Assembly (NCBI GenBank): GCA_000146045.2
Contig: BK006944.2
Location: 352,001 to 416,000 of the forward strand
DNA: 64,000 nucleotides
Direction of reading: 5' to 3'
DNA from: TPA_inf: Saccharomyces
Taxonomy: Eukaryota
Shown here: positions 32,726 through 42,725 of the stretch, piece by piece
Position numbering within the stretch: position 1 is the stretch's first letter
Layout of the letters: every line of letters begins with the position of its first letter
The notes under the pieces: model-generated
Seen by the model: only the letters and a program-made list of their open reading frames with translations
Databases searched by the model: none
What the model was told of the DNA's origin: nothing
Translations under genes and position numbers: made by a program

Positions 32726-33103
32726 AACCGTATTTCTACCTTTTGTCTTGGTATTTATGTGCACTAAACTCGTTAAAAGTTGTAGGTTTCAAAAGCACAA
32801 ATATCCGAAGCTGGACACAATATACGAGTAAGTATAAAGATACGCATATATATATATATATAATATGTCAATCATGCCGGTAACGGGTACGACTTCGAAA
32901 CTCTATAGCGCTAAAGCTGTAGACCAAAGGAAGTCAAATGGAGCATACGCGGTACAGTAATAGGAAATTGCGAAAATTTTTCACCATAGAAAGGCGATGA
33001 TGAGTCGAAGCCAAGGGGACTCAGTCACTCAGTCAGCTGATGCGATGCGATGTTAGCGCAAACAATAACGCGTACGATAATAAAACTTCAAATGCGCCAA
33101 TTC

Positions 33104-33127
33104 TTTTTTTTTTTTTTTTTTTTTTTT
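33104..33127. promoter_or_regulatory. 24-nt homopolymeric poly(dT) tract in the MAE1-TFA1 divergent intergenic region. Likely a nucleosome-excluding promoter element.
   Basis: ttc followed by T x24, then gatttc. Direct count from the sequence. Confidence 0.7.
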
Positions 33128-33757
33128 GATTTCTTTTCATATATCCGATTTAAACCGCCTAGGGAAGAGTAAAAACCCGAATTGTTCCGTCTATACTTGG
33201 TTGTATGGGTGTTTTTTCTTCGATGCTTTTCGTATAAGAAGATATGCAGTGAATATCTTTCAATCGCCTTGAACGGTTGACAAGACGCAAGAATTTGAAA
33301 AACCTTGCAATGCACGATGCAATATTCAATTTGCACACATCGAAACGAATTGGTATCGAAAATAAACGCGAAACATATGAGAAATTTTTCTAACTTTTCT
33401 TCCTTCGTTAAGAGTGATCCTTGCACTGTGATGAATCGCTATAATTGTTGTAATGATTGACACTGGGTGAAGGGCAAAGGATGTCCAAATGATAAAAAAA
33501 CAAAAAAATTTGGAAGTGTAAATTGTACCATGGGCGAATTTCAGGTTACTATTGTAGTCTGGTGAGTTAATACGTAATAATACTTGGTTTTTTTTTTTGG
33601 TTTTTTACTAAGCGTTACCGTGTGTAGTGATTATCTAAGCGGTTCTTGCAAGATTAGGAAAAAAGCTAATTAAGTGTAAACTTGGCAGCATGATTGCTCG
33701 TCCTAATCGAGCCAAAGATAGAAAACTACTGGAAGCAGCTGCTGCAGTGAGTAGAGT

Positions 33758-35206
33758 ATGGATAGACCTATAGATGATATTGTGAAAAATCTTTTAAAGT
33801 TCGTCGTTAGGGGGTTTTATGGTGGCTCCTTTGTACTGGTACTCGATGCTATACTATTTCACTCGGTCCTAGCTGAAGATGACTTGAAACAATTGTTGAG
33901 CATAAATAAGACGGAACTGGGGCCGCTAATTGCTAGACTAAGATCAGACAGGTTAATATCCATACACAAACAAAGAGAATACCCTCCAAACTCAAAAAGT
34001 GTGGAAAGAGTTTACTACTATGTAAAATATCCTCATGCTATTGACGCAATCAAATGGAAGGTCCATCAAGTCGTACAAAGATTGAAGGATGACTTGGACA
34101 AAAATTCAGAACCTAATGGTTACATGTGTCCGATTTGTTTGACCAAGTACACACAATTGGAAGCTGTACAATTATTGAATTTTGATAGGACAGAATTTTT
34201 ATGTTCCCTATGTGATGAACCGTTGGTGGAAGATGATTCTGGTAAAAAAAACAAAGAGAAGCAAGATAAATTAAATAGGTTAATGGACCAAATTCAGCCA
34301 ATCATTGATTCTTTGAAAAAGATTGATGATTCAAGAATTGAGGAGAATACTTTCGAAATTGCATTGGCTCGCTTGATACCACCTCAAAATCAATCACATG
34401 CAGCATACACGTACAATCCAAAGAAAGGCAGCACCATGTTCAGACCGGGAGATTCTGCTCCATTGCCAAATCTTATGGGTACTGCTCTTGGTAACGACAG
34501 TAGTAGACGTGCCGGTGCTAACTCTCAAGCCACATTACACATCAACATTACCACGGCAAGTGATGAAGTGGCTCAAAGGGAATTGCAAGAGAGACAGGCT
34601 GAAGAGAAAAGAAAACAAAACGCTGTCCCTGAATGGCATAAACAGAGTACCATCGGTAAAACTGCTCTTGGTAGACTGGATAATGAAGAGGAGTTCGATC
34701 CTGTAGTTACTGCATCTGCCATGGATTCTATAAATCCTGATAATGAACCTGCACAGGAAACATCCTATCAAAATAACAGAACTCTGACCGAGCAAGAAAT
34801 GGAAGAAAGAGAGAATGAAAAGACGTTGAATGATTACTACGCTGCTTTGGCTAAAAAGCAAGCAAAGCTCAATAAAGAAGAAGAGGAGGAGGAAGAAGAA
34901 GAAGAGGATGAGGAAGAAGAAGAGGAAGAAGAGATGGAAGATGTTATGGATGATAACGATGAAACTGCTAGAGAAAATGCATTGGAAGATGAATTTGAAG
35001 ACGTAACGGATACAGCTGGCACCGCAAAGACAGAATCAAACACCTCCAACGACGTAAAACAAGAATCGATTAATGATAAGACTGAAGACGCTGTAAATGC
35101 TACTGCCACTGCTTCAGGTCCGAGTGCAAACGCTAAACCAAATGATGGTGATGATGATGATGATGATGATGATGATGAGATGGACATTGAGTTTGAGGAC
35201 GTTTGA
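33758..35206 (+). CDS. TFA1: TFIIE large (alpha) subunit (482 aa) with a C-terminal poly-acidic tail
   Basis: N-terminal winged helix, zinc ribbon CPICLTKYT...CSLCDEPL, and C-terminal EEEEEEEEEDEEEEEEEE...DDDDDDDDDE. Confidence 0.93.
   Translation: MDRPIDDIVKNLLKFVVRGFYGGSFVLVLDAILFHSVLAEDDLKQLLSINKTELGPLIARLRSDRLISIHKQREYPPNSKSVERVYYYVKYPHAIDAIKWKVHQVVQRLKDDLDKNSEPNGYMCPICLTKYTQLEAVQLLNFDRTEFLCSLCDEPLVEDDSGKKNKEKQDKLNRLMDQIQPIIDSLKKIDDSRIEENTFEIALARLIPPQNQSHAAYTYNPKKGSTMFRPGDSAPLPNLMGTALGNDSSRRAGANSQATLHINITTASDEVAQRELQERQAEEKRKQNAVPEWHKQSTIGKTALGRLDNEEEFDPVVTASAMDSINPDNEPAQETSYQNNRTLTEQEMEERENEKTLNDYYAALAKKQAKLNKEEEEEEEEEEDEEEEEEEEMEDVMDDNDETARENALEDEFEDVTDTAGTAKTESNTSNDVKQESINDKTEDAVNATATASGPSANAKPNDGDDDDDDDDDEMDIEFEDV
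34876..34933 (+). repeat. GAA/GAG/GAT codon repeat (poly-Glu/Asp) inside TFA1. A second (GAT)n lies at 35144-35180.
   Basis: gaagaagaggaggaggaagaagaagaagaggatgaggaagaagaagaggaagaagag. Confidence 0.9.
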
Positions 35207-35561
35207 TATGGTCCGTTTTTTTTAAATCTTACCAACTAGCTCTTACAATGTAGAACCAACTTTTCCTTTCTTCATTTTCTTCTCTATTGTATCAAGCTTC
35301 TCTTAAAATCTAAAAAAAATGAGAGAAAAAAAAAAGAATACGTCTGGAAAAAATCACATGAAAAAATTTCAGAAAAAGAAAGCGGAGCTACTAGACATAT
35401 GGCATCTTTATAGTAATAATAAAAACATTACTAGTGAGAATATTGAGGTGTAAAAAATATTTTTTCGAGCATATTTAGTTTATATATATTTAATAAAGAA
35501 CCTCAACTTATAGAAGGCACAGAAGGATTGCTTTATCATTCAACCAAAGTACAAAAATAAT

Positions 35562-36905
35562 ATGGTAGAGAAGGATACATGGAAACTGATAACTGCCACT
35601 GCACTATTCACTGTGGCAGTGACGACGATTACAGATTATGCTTGGACCAGTTGGCAAGCACAAAAGCAAGTAATTGCGCAACAAAAAAATAAGAATAAAG
35701 GTGGGCAAACAAAATCTGACACGGATAAATATCATCAATATGATGAACAGTTTATTCGCCAATCTTTGAAAAACAATGTTGAATTTCTTGGTGAGGACAC
35801 AATTGAAAAACTATCCAATCAATATGTTGTTGTCGTGGGAGCAGGTGGAGTTGGATCTTGGGTGGTTAACTCTTTGGTGCGGTCCGGATGCCGAAAGATC
35901 AGGGTCGTTGATTTTGACCAGGTCTCACTAAGTTCACTAAATAGACACAGCTGTGCCATACTAAATGATGTTGGCACGCCAAAAGTGGAATGTCTACGAA
36001 GGCATATGCGGGAAATTGCACCATGGTGTGAGATTGATCCGATTAATGAATTATGGACGTTACAAAATGGCGAAAGACTGACCCTTGGTAATGGAACTCC
36101 TGACTTTATCGTGGACTGCATTGATAATATTGATACAAAGGTCGACTTACTTGAGTTTGCCTATAATCATGGTATCAAAGTGATCTCTTCCATGGGTGCT
36201 TCCGCGAAAAGTGATCCTACAAAACTTAATGTGGGGGACTTGGCTACCACGGAGGAGGATCCTCTTGCAAGGGTAGTGAGAAGGAAATTAAAGAAAAGAG
36301 GTATCTTATCCGGAATTCCTGTAGTATTTAGTGCCGAAAAACCAGATCCGAAGAAGGCTAAATTATTACCCTTACCAGATGAGGAATATGAAAGAGGAAA
36401 GGTCGACGAGCTGAGCGCCCTGAAGGACTTCCGTGTAAGAATCCTACCCGTTTTAGGTACTATGCCAAGTTTGTTTGGATTGACCATCACTACGTGGATT
36501 TTATCTAATATATCCGATAAACCTCTAGAACCTGTTGAGGGTAAGAATAGAATTAAGGTATACGATGGTATATATCAATCGTTGGCAGGTCAAATGAGCA
36601 GAGTCGGTATACCGAGCCAAAGAATCCCATTGGCTTTGAAGGATGTTAGTTACCTTGTCGAAGAGGTGTTTAAGGGTAAATCTCCAATTAGCGGCATTTC
36701 CACTAGACTAACTTTAACCAAATGGGATCCCTCTAAACCTATCTCTTTGCAAAATGTGGTAGTACTAACTAAAAACGAACAGAAAGTGCACGAAGACCGT
36801 GTCTTGAAGGGTAAGGAAAGCTTACAAGATGTTTATGATGCCAAAGTTCTAAAACTGGTTTCACAAAGATTCAGAGAAGAAGCTTATTACTCTCAATTCA
36901 GATGA
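35562..36905 (+). CDS. TCD2: tRNA threonylcarbamoyladenosine dehydratase (ThiF/MoeB/E1-like fold), 447 aa
   Basis: N-terminal TM/anchor, then Rossmann VVVGAGGVGSWVVNSLVRSGCRKIRVVDFDQVSLSSLNRH. Recognised as Tcd2; the paralog TCD1 is elsewhere in the genome. Confidence 0.85.
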   Translation: MVEKDTWKLITATALFTVAVTTITDYAWTSWQAQKQVIAQQKNKNKGGQTKSDTDKYHQYDEQFIRQSLKNNVEFLGEDTIEKLSNQYVVVVGAGGVGSWVVNSLVRSGCRKIRVVDFDQVSLSSLNRHSCAILNDVGTPKVECLRRHMREIAPWCEIDPINELWTLQNGERLTLGNGTPDFIVDCIDNIDTKVDLLEFAYNHGIKVISSMGASAKSDPTKLNVGDLATTEEDPLARVVRRKLKKRGILSGIPVVFSAEKPDPKKAKLLPLPDEEYERGKVDELSALKDFRVRILPVLGTMPSLFGLTITTWILSNISDKPLEPVEGKNRIKVYDGIYQSLAGQMSRVGIPSQRIPLALKDVSYLVEEVFKGKSPISGISTRLTLTKWDPSKPISLQNVVVLTKNEQKVHEDRVLKGKESLQDVYDAKVLKLVSQRFREEAYYSQFR

Positions 36906-37025
36906 TCTTGTTCCTTTCCAACATATAAAGCATTTTCTTCCATAGAGTTACGTACTATTCCAGGAGGCTTTTCGGACTCATACCATATAGAAAACTATTT
37001 TTATGCTTCTTCATTTACTTCTACT

Positions 37026-37038
37026 TGTTTATGTTTAT
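37026..37038. other. Candidate ARS consensus (ACS) match in the TCD2/GPX1 convergent intergenic region. Possible replication origin.
   Basis: The core tttatgttt matches TTTAYRTTT 9/9 (10/11 of WTTTAYRTTTW). The context is AT-rich and lies between convergent genes. Sequence match only. Confidence 0.25.
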
Positions 37039-37379
37039 TTGTAAAATTACATTATTTAATTTCTTGAAAGTAAAAAACTTGAATTTCTGAAATAAATAAA
37101 AACTAGAGAAAAATTAACGATGAGGCATGCGACGGAAATCAATATTGAAACTTCTCAAAGCTGAACCACTGAAAGGGTTCTTTAGGACAATTTTCATTCC
37201 CTTAATCAACAAAAAATGACTAAAACCTACATATTCTTCTTAGAAAAAATACATACGCAAAACAAGATAGAAGAGCAACTGTTGATACGATAGCAAGGGT
37301 GACAGAGACTATTCAATTATATGTCTTTTATTTTCATTCTTATCACCACTTTTCCGTTTTCAACTTCGTTGACCGCAAA

Positions 37380-37883
37380 TTAAATCTGTTCTTCTGGTGG
37401 TTGATTCAGTAATTCTTCGATTATTGGACAAAGCTCTAGTGGCCTAGTCATGCATGAAAACCTTTTAACCACCTTCCCATTTCGGTCTACCACAAACTTT
37501 TCAAAATTCCATTTTATCATTTTTATTCCAGACTTCCCGCTTACTGAATTCTTTAAGAACTTGTAGACGGGATCTTGCTTTTGCCCGTTGCAACGGATCT
37601 TATGTAGAATAGGGAAGGTTACACCATATTTATCTTGACAGAACTTATTAATCTCTTTATCCTTCTCGAACTCTTGATTTCCGAATTGACCACAGGGAAA
37701 GGCCACAATCACTAGACCATGTGATTTGTATTTTTCGTACAAGTACTCTAATTCCTTGTATTGAGGTGTGAACGCACAATGAGATGCTACATTGACTATC
37801 AAAACCACTTTGTTACGCAGGGAGTTGAAGGGGAATGGATTTCCGTTTTCATCTATTGGTGAAAAAGAATAAAATTCTTGCAT
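37380..37883 (-). CDS. GPX1: Phospholipid hydroperoxide glutathione peroxidase (167 aa)
   Basis: GPx signature VLIVNVASHCAFTPQYKELE...LVIVAFPCGQFGNQE. There are three yeast paralogs; this one is assigned GPX1 by synteny. Confidence 0.88.
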   Translation of the reverse strand: MQEFYSFSPIDENGNPFPFNSLRNKVVLIVNVASHCAFTPQYKELEYLYEKYKSHGLVIVAFPCGQFGNQEFEKDKEINKFCQDKYGVTFPILHKIRCNGQKQDPVYKFLKNSVSGKSGIKMIKWNFEKFVVDRNGKVVKRFSCMTRPLELCPIIEELLNQPPEEQI

Positions 37884-38126
37884 CGTTACTTATAAATATT
37901 GTGTTTCTCCGCTTATATTCCTTATACGGGTTCACAATCAGAGAACCTCGCCGTGCACAATATCACCTACATGACTAAAATATATTTGTACATTACTGTG
38001 TTATATAATCACTTAATATTGTTCACCATAAGCAATCTCTGTAGTAGAGGTGAGCCCCGGCTTTAAGTTCTCTTAGATGTGGCGAACAAGGGATGAATCG
38101 CTTACCCTATAGAATTAGGGAACAGA

Positions 38127-38186
38127 AGGGGAAAGCAAATACGGAAAATTTTCCACATGAAGACGGTAGTGGGGTATGTCAAGGGG
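38127..38186. promoter_or_regulatory. Two STRE (AGGGG) stress-response elements 244-303 bp upstream of GPX1
   Basis: AGGGG at 38127-38131 and 38182-38186, plus TGGGGT at 38170-38175. GPX1 is known to be Msn2/4 and glucose-starvation responsive. Confidence 0.4.
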
Positions 38187-38239
38187 ATACTAATGTATAA
38201 TTAATATATATGTGTGTATCTACATTATTTGGTGTTGTT

Positions 38240-40279
38240 TTATTGGGTGATGGATCGAAAGGTGGATTCTATCAAGTCCTTCAACTCCTTATAGGATATA
38301 ATAATACAGTTTAACTCATCGGGCGTTACCAACATTAACTTTTCTTGAATACCAGCGTCTAATTTGTTCAAACATCTTAGGACATGAGTTAAATCCATTA
38401 TTGGTTTCCCATTCGAATCCACTTGATGGAATACGTAGTCATAAAATAGTATAATGGGGAATTTAGTCCCAGATTCGGACCAATTTATGTCTATTCTTGA
38501 TTCGATTCTACCAAAAATGCAATTTAGCTTGTTGACCAGCCTAAATAATCTGCCATTTTCTAGTTCTCTTGATAAGACAGACTCCATGTATTCTGTATAG
38601 GTTTGTGACGATTCCAGGACCATGAACATCTTATCATAAAAGTGACTAGTAAGATCATGAATGCTCTTTTTGGAATCGCCGTTGTCTGATATCAGATACT
38701 TGAGTACATCCTTGAACTTATCATCGATCTGTCTCATGTCATCAATTGATTGAGGGGTTATTTCCTCCAATCGATATTCTTTAGGGGCAGTGTTGTTATT
38801 AGAGTTTTCAATATTAATGGATAGGTTAAATAATAGCTCTCCTAAATATTTGTAGTCTAGCTGTTGTTGTCCCTCTATGGTACTTCCGCCGGAAGATACT
38901 ACGGTATCAGTATCATCATTGAACAAAAGGTCCATAAAATTGCAGTGTGATAACTTGATTCTCCCTGGGTCCCCAGTAATCAAAACTTTTCTCCAGTTTA
39001 ATGTATTGCCAATACTCAAGTTTTGTGAATGGATAGAGTTTATTACATTGGTGAGTTGAACTAAATATATCCATAAATAATTATTCGTTATTGGAAACTT
39101 AGGGAAATTAACAAAGTGGTAATCATACAAAGATAGCGAGTTTGGGTAGTAGTCAAAGACCAAACAAATAGACAGATCACCAAATTTAGTAGTTTGAAAA
39201 ATGTCCCTAAACTTTATCAAATTTGTACAATTAATTTTTGACCATATCTGATATATTTTGGATATTTTGTTTGGATTCATTGACTTATCGATGTTAGGAA
39301 GCCTCTTCAAAACGTAGGCTTTACCGTCATAATTGGAAAAAACTTTGAAGAGCGTAGTTTTATTTAAAAAATCGTTATTATTGAAGTTCAATGGAACCAA
39401 ATTAAAATAATCTTGTACAATACTTGGTATAACTTTACCTGAAGAGGGGAAAACCTGCAAAATCGATAAGTTTTTCTTGGTTAAATCTTCTCTAATATTG
39501 TTTGGAATGAAAAGCTGATCTGCAGACCTTTCATTAGGCTTTAATAATGATTTCAATGATGATGGCTGTTCAGGTGCATATAGGTGATACTGTAGAAGAC
39601 TGTGAGGAGGCGGATAAATACGTGGGTACTTAAGATTACTACTCTCTATGGGTGGCGGTTGCATAGGAGGTGGCACATTATTAGCCATACTCATATTGTT
39701 ACTATTATCATCAGTGGCGTTTATATTTATGCCACCAGAATTTGCAATGGAGGGAAATGGAAAAGAATGTGCATTTGCATTAGTGTGAATTGAGGAGGTT
39801 GAAGACGGAGTGAAAATGGGGGCATTGAAGGGGTCGTAATTGGAACTCGAAGCGGTAGTTGGTATTGATATGCTTATATTACTATTATTGTTATTGTTAT
39901 TCACTAACGAGCTATTAACTATCGGATTAATCATCGGATTAACTGTAGAAGCAGTAGCAGAGGTAGCTGCCATGGCGATATTGCCAGTAGCATTTGTAGC
40001 AGCGGAGGTGGTATTCGTCACAGTGGTTAAGGAGTCACTACCGACTGTCATCGGAGTGAAACTTGCGGATACTTTAGCATTGAACTTAGGAACTGATGTC
40101 ATGGTCGGAGTTGTAGCCTCACCCACATCTATTGGAGGAGGAACGTCATTTATGGTAGTAGCGGTAGTGTTATCGCTGTGTTTGAAAGGGCAACCTTCTT
40201 TCTCCTTTTTGCAGTAGCCATAAATAGTGATATTTCTGCACGGAATATCCTTCGCCCAATCAGGATTGATTTTGTCCAT
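38240..40279 (-). CDS. PAN3: PAN2-PAN3 deadenylase regulatory subunit (pseudokinase), 679 aa
   Basis: N-terminal CCCH zinc finger [24 protein letters not shown]-rich linker, pseudokinase and C-terminal knob. Confidence 0.92.
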
Positions 40280-40525
40280 GGCGTAAGATACGTCTGACTA
40301 GTCTTTTAGGCTTACCTATCATCGAAACAGTGCTCCCGCCATTGTTATTATTGCTCTTTTAATTCATAAACCAAATAATTTAGCAGTTTATTTTAAGGTT
40401 ACCCTGTAAAGGTCTGATATGTAGGGGAGGGCATATAATCATTTTAATATATATGTATATATTCTTACATATATATATAATATCGCCGTAACTTATAGCG
40501 TAAACTATATAAAATACGTCTTAGT

Positions 40526-41140
40526 CTATAAGCTATCACGGATAGCGTCTTGGACGTCTTTGTACACATCTTCGACGGATCTGTCGCAACGAACACGGAC
40601 GACTTTCGATTTGGTTTCAAAGTACTCGATGACGGGCATACTAGTCTCCTTGAAAGTGTTAAATCTCTTCTTAATGGACTCAATGTTGTCATCGCTTCTA
40701 CCACTGGTCTTGCCACGCTCCAATAGTCTCTCTAACATGATATCTTCAGGGCAGTCAAAGAACAGGATGAATTTGCTTTCAACGATGTCTCTTTCAAAGG
40801 AAATGGCTTGATCCATCTTCCTAGGAAATCCGTCAATTAAGAACTTATGCTTGTTCGCCTTGACGTTATCGGAAATAGCGTTGCGTAAAAGCGCCAAAGT
40901 AATCTCTTGAGGGACAATCTGGCCCTCTTTGATGCAGTTCTTGATCAATTCCCCATATTGGGAACCTGCTCTGCCCTGCTCAGCACGTAGAAGGTCTCCG
41001 GCTGACAAATGGACAAATGAATAGTCCTTAACTAGTTTTTCACACTGAGTACCCTTGCCTGCACCGGGTCCTCCTAGAACGAAGATCACGGAAACTTGGT
41101 CAGGCGAGAAAGCTGGCTGTGATGTAGTGGCAGCTGTCAT
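40526..41140 (-). CDS. URA6: Uridylate (UMP/CMP) kinase, 204 aa
   Basis: P-loop VIFVLGGPGAGKGTQCEKLVKDY, adenylate-kinase-family fold. Confidence 0.93.
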   Translation of the reverse strand: MTAATTSQPAFSPDQVSVIFVLGGPGAGKGTQCEKLVKDYSFVHLSAGDLLRAEQGRAGSQYGELIKNCIKEGQIVPQEITLALLRNAISDNVKANKHKFLIDGFPRKMDQAISFERDIVESKFILFFDCPEDIMLERLLERGKTSGRSDDNIESIKKRFNTFKETSMPVIEYFETKSKVVRVRCDRSVEDVYKDVQDAIRDSL

Positions 41141-41145
41141 TTGTC

Positions 41146-41373
41146 TTATTCAAGAAATTCAACTGGTTCGTTCTTTTGATAGTTTACCGAAATAACTGAT
41201 GTCACGAGTGCTAAAGTTCCTACGAGTACCAACAATTTGCCTTTGTGTTTACCCTTGCTTTGACTTTTGTTAGCGCGTGGTACGTTTACGTTGGTCTTCG
41301 AAGGTGCTGTATTGTGGAAAGTTGGTTTTTTCGAAGAATAAAATCTCAGTATAAACCTGTAGCGTGGATTCAT
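41146..41373 (-). CDS. Small ORF (75 aa): basic N-terminus plus a single C-terminal TM helix; consistent with YKL023C-A. Its stop is 5 nt before the URA6 ATG.
   Basis: MNPRYRFILRFYSSKKPTFHNTAPSKTNVNVPRANKSQSKGKHKGKLLVLVGTLALVTSVISVNYQKNEPVEFLE. The N-terminus looks like a presequence; the TM is LLVLVGTLALVTSVISV. Confidence 0.5.
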   Translation of the reverse strand: MNPRYRFILRFYSSKKPTFHNTAPSKTNVNVPRANKSQSKGKHKGKLLVLVGTLALVTSVISVNYQKNEPVEFLE

Positions 41374-41720
41374 AATATAACTAAGCTAACATAAAAACGG
41401 GAGAGGGTGTGTGCGACTAAAGGCAAAGACAGGAATGCATCGCTTTAAAAGATCACCATAACTACTTAAAAGTTTCGTTAACGTGGTGAAAAAGAAAAGA
41501 AAAAGAAAAGTGAAAAAAATAAACCTAGGGTTGAAAATATAATCAGTTAGGTGTCATGATATTGATACATTTATTTCTATAGGTCTGAGAGTACTAACTT
41601 AGGGTATATGAGGGGTGTTAAGTTGGGATGATGACGCATTAATTAAGAGTTCATTATATGAGGATATTGTATACAATGCAAGAATAGCGCCCCAATCCCG
41701 GCCAGGTATAACGTGCAAGC

Positions 41721-42554
41721 ATGAATAAAGAAGAATTATTGGGTTTTCTACTAGATGACAGTATTGATAGCCAAAAAAGATGCGTCACGGATCAGCAGGC
41801 CTACTCTAATTGGTTAAAGAATGATAATGATGAACGTACGGCCCATGAGGAAAGCTCTTCACAAAGTACGATAGCCGCATTGAATAAGAAGAAGCAGACA
41901 GAAGCTGCTCAAGAAGATATAGAAGAACTGTTAAACGGCTTAGAAGGCATTATTGGAGGAGCCGACCCCCGTAATCTCAAGAGTAAGTCAAAGAGGAAAA
42001 CCAAAAAGGGCGGATCGAAACCAAGGGAAGAAAACGTGAATACGGAGAAACATATTGTAATGCTCGAGGTAGAAGATTTTAGTGATATGAGCACCCACGA
42101 AGATGTCAACGGAGCAAGTCCGTCGCCAAATCTGGACCGGTCGAAGAAGAATGAGAAGCGAAGGAAAAACGCCAAGGAGCTGTCATACGATGAACTAAAA
42201 GACAAACTAGAAGTTACCACTCGCAAATCACGTCTTGAGTGCAAAGACTTGAAAAAGAAAGTTCATGGGCTCGAAAGAAGGAACCTTGAACTTGAACAGC
42301 GTTTAGAAGAGCTGAAGATTGAGAACCAGACTTTGATAGAGATTAACAATAAACTGTTGAAAAACACTAATGAGGATGAGATTAACAAGAGCCAGAGGAA
42401 CAAGGAGAAGGACCGAAAGCGGAGGGAAAGAAGAACGGCAAGGAGAAAAGATGAAAGAAAGCAGGAAAAAAAGCAGGAAAAAAAGCAGGATAATAAAACA
42501 TCTCAATCTTTTCCTTCCTCAACTGACATGAATGGACAGCCTATAGAATTTTGA
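41721..42554 (+). CDS. SKA1: Charged coiled-coil protein (277 aa); consistent with YKL023W/SKA1 (SKI-complex associated)
   Basis: K/E/R-rich, predicted coiled coil, with a C-terminal KQEKKQEKKQ repeat. Identified by position and length. Confidence 0.7.
   Translation: MNKEELLGFLLDDSIDSQKRCVTDQQAYSNWLKNDNDERTAHEESSSQSTIAALNKKKQTEAAQEDIEELLNGLEGIIGGADPRNLKSKSKRKTKKGGSKPREENVNTEKHIVMLEVEDFSDMSTHEDVNGASPSPNLDRSKKNEKRRKNAKELSYDELKDKLEVTTRKSRLECKDLKKKVHGLERRNLELEQRLEELKIENQTLIEINNKLLKNTNEDEINKSQRNKEKDRKRRERRTARRKDERKQEKKQEKKQDNKTSQSFPSSTDMNGQPIEF
42461..42496 (+). repeat. 12-bp tandem repeat (gcaggaaaaaaa x about 3) encoding a KQEKKQEKKQ repeat inside the SKA1 ORF
   Basis: gcaggaaaaaaagcaggaaaaaaagcaggataataa. 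Confidence 0.85.
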
Positions 42555-42725
42555 ATGCATTCTAATGACATAACTATTTGACGACGTGAATTAGAAACAC
42601 ATACTTTTACGTGTGGCTGCCTCTAAGAATTAAACTTCTTTTCTTTTTATTCTTATTTTCTTTAATGAATATATACGCTATACTTGTACTAAGTCGTGTC
42701 TTTATTCCTCGCCCGCCTTCGTACT

